The notes under the pieces were generated by a model. That model saw nothing but the letters and a program-made list of their open reading frames with translations. It made no database searches and was not told the DNA's origin. A stretch of 38,591 bases of DNA, taken from positions 1 through 38,591 of the forward strand of contig JBBTRL010000057.1 of NCBI GenBank assembly GCA_038065195.1, written 5' to 3'. This DNA is from Patescibacteria group bacterium. GTDB taxonomy: Bacteria; Patescibacteriota; Minisyncoccia; GWA2-38-13b. Shown here piece after piece: positions 30,188 to 35,513 of the stretch (position 1 is its first letter; each line of letters begins with the position of its first letter). The translations under genes were made by a program, and so were the position numbers.

Positions 30188-32380
30188 TTATAATAAACTT
30201 TCCGGATCAACATCAATTTCCCAGTTTGACGGAATGAGCCGCAGTATTTTATTTTTTGATTCTTGATTTTCTGGCGGAATTTTTATAATAATGTGCCAAT
30301 TATACCCTCCCCTTTTTTTGGGTATAAACGCGGGTGCCGGTCCGATTGTAGACAATATACCAACATTCTCGGATTTATAAGTATGTTGCGTGTTCGTTGC
30401 AGTGGTTTTTTGTTCATCGGTTTTCGGTGATTGCGAACCATAAATTGTAAGTTTTTCATATAATCGTTTTGCTTCTTGTTCCGCGATTTGTTTATTTTTA
30501 TGCGAAAAAGTTAATTTTATGATTTGCGAAAACGGGGGATAATTGAATAATTTTCTTAATTTCAGTTCTTCTTTATAAAAATTTTTATAATCGTTTTGAA
30601 GCGCGTATTTTATCGCATAGTGATCTGGCGAATATGTTTGGTAAAGTATTTTTCCGTCATTTTTTACTTTTTGCAATAGAGAAATTATTATCTGGAAAGT
30701 TCTTTCGCCGCTGCGAAAATCCGGCATATTGAGCATGGAGTCGGAATTTATTATTCCCAAAAAATCAGTTTCGGATATATCAGACGATGTCATTAGTTGT
30801 GTGCCTATCAGAATGCCGTTATTTTCATTGAAATTTTTGATTATATCTTTTTTCATTTTTTCTGTTTTAGCCGTATCGCTATCTAGCCGCAATATTTTTT
30901 GTTCGGGAAAGATTTTTTGCAACTCTTCTTCCACTTTTTCCGTTCCGCCCCCCAAAAATTTTATTCTGTGTCCGTGGCAGTTGGGGCAGAAATCGGGCGC
31001 GTTTTTTTTGTAGCCACAGCAGTGGCATAAGAGCGATTGCTGTTTTTTATTTATGGTAGTGTTATCCGTCACGCCCCGTCCGTCTACAGACGGACGGGGC
31101 GTGACGCGAACGAGACTGCCGTGGACGGGGCGCGGCAATGAATGTAGTACCATAGGCGTTTCGCAATTTTTACATTTTATTATATGTCCGCAGTCGCGAC
31201 ACAATATCGCGCTTGCTTCACCACGACGGTTGATGAAAAGAATGATTTTTTTATCCTTGCCCGTCGGTAGGCATTGTCCGCGGGAGATTTCCCGCGGGGA
31301 GACTTTTTTTCCAACATATTTTTTCAGTTCTTCCAAAAGTTCACGGCTGAAAATGGAATAATTTTTCGCTTTCATTTCTTCGCGCATATCAATGATTTTG
31401 GAATTTGGAACTTGGAACTTGAAACCATTTTGAAAGGAAAAAAATTGTCTACCTTCGGTAGATCTTCCGTGGGCCATGCCTGCCGACAGGTGGGAAGAAA
31501 AATTGTTTTCTATACTTGGCGTTTCGCTTTGCATTATCATTTTAGCGTTATGCAGTTCCGCCAGTTTTTTCGCGGTTTCCCTCGCATGATATTTCGGGTG
31601 TTGATCCCAAGATTTATAGTGCGGATTATGCTCTTCGGTAAGAATAATAAGTCCTAAATCGCGGAAAGGTAAAAATAGCGCTTTGCGCGCGCCAAAGATT
31701 ATTTTTATTTTTCCTTGCGCGGTTTTTTTCCAAATTTCTTGGAATTGTTTTGGAGATACCCTTGAAGTAATCGTTGCGGTTTCTCTTTTGGCAATAGGGG
31801 ATATGAGCGGAGTGAGTTCTTTCTGCAGATAATCTAAGATATTTATTTCCGGCGCGAGGATAAGGATTTGCCTTTTTTTTTCAAGAGTTTTTTCAATTTC
31901 TTTTTGAAAATAATGAATGCCATTTTTTATATCAGATTGCAGTAAGTTTGTGTCCCTTCGGGACATCTCCCGCAGGGAGAGTATTTGGAATTTTGAAATT
32001 GAGATTTTTTTGTAATTTGTAATTTGTAATTTGTAATTTGAATCTATGTTGTGAGGCAACATAGATTTTAGTATTAATCCCAATGATTCGTAGTAATAAT
32101 TATGTATCCAAAACGCCAATTCCAATTGTTTCGGTGATATAACTGGTTTGGCGCTTAAAATTTCTTTGATAGGGGATAATTGAAAGTCGGCTTTTCTTAT
32201 ACTCATTTTTTCGTCTTCAAGCAAGCGACTGTTTATTACAATAGCCGGAGTTTTTCTTTTGCCCAGCGGCGCCATTACCAAACTGCCTTGTTTTATGCTG
32301 ACTTTATTTGTGAAGTATGTTAGTATTTGGGTGTTGGGTAATGGAATTTTGGTTAGAGTAATTGTTTCAATAATTCGCAT
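30188..32380 (-). CDS. priA: Primosomal protein N' (PriA) homologue with degenerate ATPase motifs and several in-frame insertions
   Basis: PriA-collinear blocks ILILAPEI, FGARKALFLPF, LFINRRG, the four Cys pairs (CRDC, CKNC, CHCC, CPNC), GGGTEKVEEEL, ILIGTQ, NYPPF, GPAPAFIPKKRGGYNWHI. Walker A is absent and DEEH reads TEEH. Confidence 0.8.
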   Translation of the reverse strand: MRIIETITLTKIPLPNTQILTYFTNKVSIKQGSLVMAPLGKRKTPAIVINSRLLEDEKMSIRKADFQLSPIKEILSAKPVISPKQLELAFWIHNYYYESLGLILKSMLPHNIDSNYKLQITNYKKISISKFQILSLREMSRRDTNLLQSDIKNGIHYFQKEIEKTLEKKRQILILAPEINILDYLQKELTPLISPIAKRETATITSRVSPKQFQEIWKKTAQGKIKIIFGARKALFLPFRDLGLIILTEEHNPHYKSWDQHPKYHARETAKKLAELHNAKMIMQSETPSIENNFSSHLSAGMAHGRSTEGRQFFSFQNGFKFQVPNSKIIDMREEMKAKNYSIFSRELLEELKKYVGKKVSPREISRGQCLPTGKDKKIILFINRRGEASAILCRDCGHIIKCKNCETPMVLHSLPRPVHGSLVRVTPRPSVDGRGVTDNTTINKKQQSLLCHCCGYKKNAPDFCPNCHGHRIKFLGGGTEKVEEELQKIFPEQKILRLDSDTAKTEKMKKDIIKNFNENNGILIGTQLMTSSDISETDFLGIINSDSMLNMPDFRSGERTFQIIISLLQKVKNDGKILYQTYSPDHYAIKYALQNDYKNFYKEELKLRKLFNYPPFSQIIKLTFSHKNKQIAEQEAKRLYEKLTIYGSQSPKTDEQKTTATNTQHTYKSENVGILSTIGPAPAFIPKKRGGYNWHIIIKIPPENQESKNKILRLIPSNWEIDVDPESLL
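31064..31135. repeat. 72-nt GC-rich in-frame block inside priA containing a 38-nt palindrome
   Basis: gtcacgccccgtccgtc-taca-gacggacggggcgtgac (31068-31105) forms a 17-bp perfect stem. GGACGGGGCG occurs at 31092 and 31123, and inverted at 31072. My hand count gives about 72% G+C. Confidence 0.9.
31278..31297. repeat. GC-rich 8-bp stem-loop inside priA
   Basis: ccgcggga-gatt-tcccgcgg. Confidence 0.9.
31398..31425. repeat. Heptanucleotide tandem repeat (ttggaac-like, 4 units) inside priA
   Basis: ttggaat ttggaac ttggaac ttgaaac. Confidence 0.9.
31448..31498. repeat. Two adjacent GC-rich stem-loops inside priA
   Basis: tctacc-ttc-ggtaga (31448-31462). Next comes tcttcc...ggaaga (31463-31498), which encloses cctg-ccga-cagg. 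Confidence 0.85.
31951..31980. repeat. Two back-to-back 15-nt stem-loops inside priA
   Basis: tgtccc-ttc-gggaca (31951-31965) and tctccc-gca-gggaga (31966-31980). Confidence 0.9.
32012..32039. repeat. Perfect heptanucleotide tandem repeat (gtaattt)x4 inside priA
   Basis: Four exact 7-nt units are preceded by T7. They encode ..YKLQITNYK... Confidence 0.95.
32041..32067. repeat. 10-bp perfect stem-loop inside priA
   Basis: aatctatgtt-gtgaggc-aacatagatt. Confidence 0.9.
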
Positions 32381-32386
32381 AACTTT

Positions 32387-32395
32387 ATTATAGCA
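32387..32395 (-). promoter_or_regulatory. Extended -10 TGCTATAAT placed 6 nt before the priA ATG (leaderless candidate)
   Basis: The minus strand reads TGCTATAAT-AAAGTT-ATG(32380). The same bases read TATTAT on the plus strand for the divergent small ORF. Confidence 0.5.
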
Positions 32396-32438
32396 TATCC
32401 GTTAATAGTTTTTTTAAAAAAGAAAAAAGGAGAATGAT

Positions 32439-32570
32439 ATGTTTATACAAACTATATTAAGTATGGTAGCAGTTTTGTTTTTTGCAATTATGATATCGAT
32501 TGAAAGTGGAAGGGTGCTTAAAGTTAAATCGTTGATATGGGTTTTTTTATGTATGCCGTACTGGAAATAA
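32439..32570 (+). CDS. 43-aa hydrophobic peptide, absent from the ORF track
   Basis: AAAAGGAG lies 6 nt before the ATG. The translation is MFIQTILSMVAVLFFAIMISIESGRVLKVKSLIWVFLCMPYWK. The leader motif AGTTTTTTTAAAAAA lies upstream. Confidence 0.45.
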   Translation: MFIQTILSMVAVLFFAIMISIESGRVLKVKSLIWVFLCMPYWK

Positions 32571-32590
32571 TATGCATTATTTTTTTTATT

Positions 32591-32634
32591 TATAACTTAA
32601 TCATGTTAATTTTATAACTTAATCATGTTAATTT
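32591..32634. repeat. Perfect 22-bp tandem duplication
   Basis: tataacttaatcatgttaattt x2. A degenerate third copy (ataaattaatcatgttt) lies at 32797-32813. Confidence 0.95.
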
Positions 32635-32705
32635 CAGGAAATTTTTAACCTTTAATTCCGCAAGGAGATAAAAATTACGGGATTTTTTTATTGGGAGTAA
32701 TCGCG

Positions 32706-32736
32706 AATATACGAATTTACTCTAATATACGAATTT
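32706..32736. repeat. 13-nt direct repeat aatatacgaattt x2 (18-nt period)
   Basis: Copies at 32706-32718 and 32724-32736. Confidence 0.9.
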
Positions 32737-32747
32737 GTATTGTTTAT

Positions 32748-32780
32748 AAAAAAAACTCGCTTGCAGGGCGAAGTTTTTTT
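32748..32780. terminator. Bidirectional terminator downstream of hepT
   Basis: A-run, actcgc-ttgcagg-gcgaagt (one bulge), T-run. Confidence 0.6.
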
Positions 32781-32814
32781 ATCTCCTTTTTAATTTCATA
32801 AATTAATCATGTTT

Positions 32815-33138
32815 CTAAAAATGTTTTTCTAATTCTGATTTAAGAAAAGGAATATCGGTAATTATCGTATTCCATACTATATCCAAATCAACTTCAAAAT
32901 AATCATGGACAGCTTTATCTCTGAATCCGGCGATATCTTTCCATGGCAAATTTATGGAATTTTTTGTTTGAGCGGAAATCTTTTTTGAAACTTCTCCGAT
33001 AAGCATAAGCTGCATTATGATCGCGCTTTGCGTTTTCTCGTCGGCGTTAAAATTCGCGCTGTTCATATTAAGGGTGAACGATTGTATTTTTCTAACCGCG
33101 TCTAAAATTTGTTTAATGTAGACATTATCATCTTTCAT
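32815..33138 (-). CDS. hepT: HepT (DUF86) family RNase toxin
   Basis: The Rx4HxY motif is present in FRDKAVHDY. Length is 107 aa. It overlaps the upstream mntA by 11 nt. Confidence 0.85.
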   Translation of the reverse strand: MKDDNVYIKQILDAVRKIQSFTLNMNSANFNADEKTQSAIIMQLMLIGEVSKKISAQTKNSINLPWKDIAGFRDKAVHDYFEVDLDIVWNTIITDIPFLKSELEKHF

Positions 33139-33415
33139 ATATTATTTTTAAATCAGGCTGTATATATGGCCTGACGAATTTATTAATGCTGTTTTCGGTA
33201 ACCAGATCAACTTTTCTGCCTAATTTATTTTCCATTTCTCGTATTAAACTCATGTATGCAAACATACCGATTGGTTTTCCGAGAGAAATCATAATGTCAA
33301 TATCGCTTTCGGGCTTATTGTCTCCGCGCGAAACAGAACCAAAAATCGCAGCGCGTTTAACGCCGTATTCTTTAAGAATTGGTAATATTTTTTTTTGTAT
33401 CTCTAATATATTCAT
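33128..33415 (-). CDS. mntA: MntA-type minimal nucleotidyltransferase antitoxin
   Basis: IFGSVSRGD...SDIDI (GSxxRG...DxD) is present. Length is 95 aa. Confidence 0.85.
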   Translation of the reverse strand: MNILEIQKKILPILKEYGVKRAAIFGSVSRGDNKPESDIDIMISLGKPIGMFAYMSLIREMENKLGRKVDLVTENSINKFVRPYIQPDLKIIYER

Positions 33416-33421
33416 AAAGGT

Positions 33422-33430
33422 ATATTAGCA
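33422..33430 (-). promoter_or_regulatory. Extended -10 TGCTAATAT placed 6 nt before the mntA ATG (leaderless candidate)
   Basis: The minus strand reads TGCTAATAT-ACCTTT-ATG(33415). Confidence 0.5.
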
Positions 33431-33457
33431 CATATTTATCGCCCAGAAAACATTGAT

Positions 33458-33528
33458 TTTATTTGTAAAGTATGTTAATATTTGAATAATGATATTTTTG
33501 TTATAGGAATAACTTCAAGGATTTTCAT
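33458..33528 (-). pseudogene. Frameshifted relic of a priA 5' end, with its promoter
   Basis: The minus strand reads TGTTATAAT-AAAAAC-ATG, then MKILEVIPITKISLFKY*. This parallels the priA start MRIIETITLTKIPLPNTQ. After a 7-nt deletion the DNA realigns with priA (..aacatactt[t/c]acaaataaa..). Confidence 0.7.
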
Positions 33529-33598
33529 GTTTTTATTATAACATATCCATTAACAGTTTTTTGAAAAGTTTTTATAAAGAAAAGAAAAGAGAAAGAAA

Positions 33599-33913
33599 AT
33601 GAAAAGCATTTTGATTGGACTGCTTGCGTTTTTCGCGATGAATTTTATTTTTGAGATGGCGCCGATGGTTTTTGAGCCAGCGCGACAGGAATCGCAGGTT
33701 GTTCTAGCGATTGATGCGAATAAGAAAGATGCATTAATAAATAAAGAAAATGATGTGTGTTTAATTGTTAGCGTTGTGGGTTTAGTTATGTTGGTTATCG
33801 GAATATTTGCAATCGGTAAGTTCGTGACCACTAATGACTATATGTATTCTATAATAACTACGATTTGGTTTTTTTTAGTTTTTTGGGGTATTATATTAGC
33901 ACTCCATCCATAA
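33599..33913 (+). CDS. Small membrane protein (104 aa, about 3 TM segments)
   Basis: Hydrophobic segments are present. The leader motif AGTTTTTTGAAAAG (33555-33568) lies upstream and a terminator lies downstream. Confidence 0.55.
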   Translation: MKSILIGLLAFFAMNFIFEMAPMVFEPARQESQVVLAIDANKKDALINKENDVCLIVSVVGLVMLVIGIFAIGKFVTTNDYMYSIITTIWFFLVFWGIILALHP

Positions 33914-33936
33914 CTTTCTATGAATCAAATTTTAAT

Positions 33937-33981
33937 CTCGTAATTTCCGCCCAAGCGGACAAAAAATTACGGGATTTTTTT
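33937..33981 (+). terminator. Intrinsic terminator; a decayed paralogous copy lies at about 32651-32690
   Basis: tcgtaattt...aaattacgg outer stem, ccgc-ccaa-gcgg inner stem, then T7. Confidence 0.7.
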
Positions 33982-33994
33982 ATTGGGAATTTTA

Positions 33995-34003
33995 TGTTAT
34001 CAT
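33995..34003 (+). promoter_or_regulatory. Extended -10 TGTTATCAT placed 6 nt before the methyltransferase ATG (leaderless candidate)
   Basis: TGTTATCAT-TGAATT-ATG(34010). Confidence 0.45.
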
Positions 34004-34009
34004 TGAATT

Positions 34010-34630
34010 ATGGAAAAAAAAGAAATTTTTCAAAACTGGCTGGAAATACCGACAACTCACAGTAGGAGTATTGATAAATATTTCGATGATTTGAATTTAA
34101 CATCGAAACGGATAGAGGGGAAAACGATTTTGGATATCGGCGCCGGAGTGATGCAATTCGCTAAGGGCGTGAGTGATTCTGGGATTGATGCGAAGGTTTA
34201 CTCCTTGGATCCTTTTTATTCTTCACCGGAAAAGAAGTCGGTCCATAAGAAAGACGACGAATTGCTTGAAAAATTCGTCCAATCCCATAACAATCCGGAT
34301 TTAAAAGATAAAATAATCGGGGGATATGCCGATAAAATTCCTTTTTGTGACAGCGCTTTTGATATGGTGATTAGCGAATATTCTATGCCCTTGTATGCTA
34401 GAAGCGTTAAAGAAATTGATGATTTTTTTGATGAATCATTGCGCGTCGTTAAAGATAATGGAGAGGTGCGAATTTGTCCGTTTTGGAACTTGCGTAGCAA
34501 TGAATTTCGGGAGCGTGTCAAGTCAAAATTGAAAGAAATGGAGAAAAACGGACTTATTCGCATTTTAAAAAACGAAGATAATTTGGCGATTTTTCAGAAA
34601 ATTCCGAAATTGTCGGTAGACAAAATTTAA
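34010..34630 (+). CDS. Class I SAM-dependent methyltransferase
   Basis: Motif I ILDIGAGVMQF is present, with post-I and motif II-like spacing (FDMVISEY). Confidence 0.75.
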   Translation: MEKKEIFQNWLEIPTTHSRSIDKYFDDLNLTSKRIEGKTILDIGAGVMQFAKGVSDSGIDAKVYSLDPFYSSPEKKSVHKKDDELLEKFVQSHNNPDLKDKIIGGYADKIPFCDSAFDMVISEYSMPLYARSVKEIDDFFDESLRVVKDNGEVRICPFWNLRSNEFRERVKSKLKEMEKNGLIRILKNEDNLAIFQKIPKLSVDKI

Positions 34631-34631
34631 T

Positions 34632-35513
34632 ATGGCAAACATTCGCGGTCTTAATATTGATAATTTTACAAAAAATCAGGCATTGCAAAAAATCGGCGAT
34701 TTTTTGTGCGATGGTCGCCAGCATTGGATCGCGACGATAAATCCGGAAATAGCGGTAAGGGCGTATAAAGACGAAAAATACCGCGATATTTTAAACAAAG
34801 CGGATTTACGAGTGGCGGACGGAATAGGAATTATTTTGGCTTCGCGGTTTTTGGGCGAAAAATTGAGAGAAAGAATCGTTGGCGTTGATTTGGTTTATGA
34901 CATTTTGGCGGATTTGAATCACCGTTTCCTGCGCCGTATCCCGGATACGGCGGTACCGTCGTATCCGGGATACGGCGAATACGGCGAAGAAAACGGTGGC
35001 AATTCGCGTGTGATGATTATCGGCGCGGAAAAAGATTCGCGTGAAAAAGCAATGAAAAATTTAAAAAAACTTTTTCCTTATGTTGAATTGGGAATTTCTT
35101 TGTTAAAGATAAAATTTAATAGGGAAAATAATGGGGAAACAGACCTTGCCTACTGGCAGGCAGGAAAAAATAATAAGGAAAATAGGGAAATGTTGGCAGA
35201 GTTAAATGGGGAAATAAGGAAATTCGCGCCGGATATATTGTTTGTCGCGTTCGGCGCGCCGCGCCAAGAACAATGGATATGCGATAATTTGCCGCTTTTG
35301 CCTTCGGTTAAACTGGCAATCGGCGTTGGTGGCGCCATTGATATGATTTCCGGAAAACTGCCGCGCGCGCCAAAAATAATAAGGAAAATGGGAGCGGAAT
35401 GGTTGTGGCGATTTTGTCTGGAGCCGCGTCGCGCTAAAAGGATTTTTAATGCGGTTGCGGTTTTTCCTTTTATTGTTTTTACGGAAGTTTTATTCTGCGC
35501 CAGAAAGCCTTAA
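34632..35513 (+). CDS. WecB/TagA/CpsF-family glycosyltransferase with two in-frame insertions
   Basis: Motifs TINPEI, ADLRVADGIGI, FVAFGAPRQEQWI, IGVGGAIDMISGKLPRAP and EWLWR are present. It is collinear with TagA except for the two inserted blocks. Confidence 0.8.
   Translation: MANIRGLNIDNFTKNQALQKIGDFLCDGRQHWIATINPEIAVRAYKDEKYRDILNKADLRVADGIGIILASRFLGEKLRERIVGVDLVYDILADLNHRFLRRIPDTAVPSYPGYGEYGEENGGNSRVMIIGAEKDSREKAMKNLKKLFPYVELGISLLKIKFNRENNGETDLAYWQAGKNNKENREMLAELNGEIRKFAPDILFVAFGAPRQEQWICDNLPLLPSVKLAIGVGGAIDMISGKLPRAPKIIRKMGAEWLWRFCLEPRRAKRIFNAVAVFPFIVFTEVLFCARKP
34920..34998. repeat. Structured GC-rich insert 1 in the TagA-family gene
   Basis: It is bounded by the 8-bp inverted repeat caccgttt/aaacggtg. 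Internal palindromes are gccgtatcc-c-ggatacggc (34933-34951) and cgtatcc-g-ggatacg (34960-34974). tacggcgaa occurs twice in tandem. Confidence 0.85.
35118..35224. repeat. Insert 2 in the TagA-family gene: purine-rich decamer repeats flanking a GC hairpin
   Basis: aatagggaaa, aatggggaaa and aataaggaaa each occur twice on either side of tgcc-tact-ggca (35147-35158). Confidence 0.8.

Noticed and set aside
31053-31657. Plus-strand ORFs of 102 aa and 127 aa overlapping priA
   Set aside because: They are antisense shadows. The first stays open largely because of the palindromic GC-rich block, so it encodes the same VTPRPS.DGRGVT peptide as the sense strand. Neither has an SD, a promoter or a recognisable motif, whereas the minus strand is collinear with PriA.
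31398-32634. Possible CRISPR array, given the many short repeats
   Set aside because: The repeats are 7-nt or 22-nt units in direct tandem with no unique spacers. Most lie inside an intact coding frame, and no cas genes are present.
33550-34065. Minus-strand 93-aa ORF (33550-33831) and plus-strand 66-aa ORF (33865-34065)
   Set aside because: The first is antisense to the better-supported 104-aa membrane ORF, which has a promoter, a leader motif and a terminator. The second runs through that gene's terminator and through the methyltransferase promoter and start.
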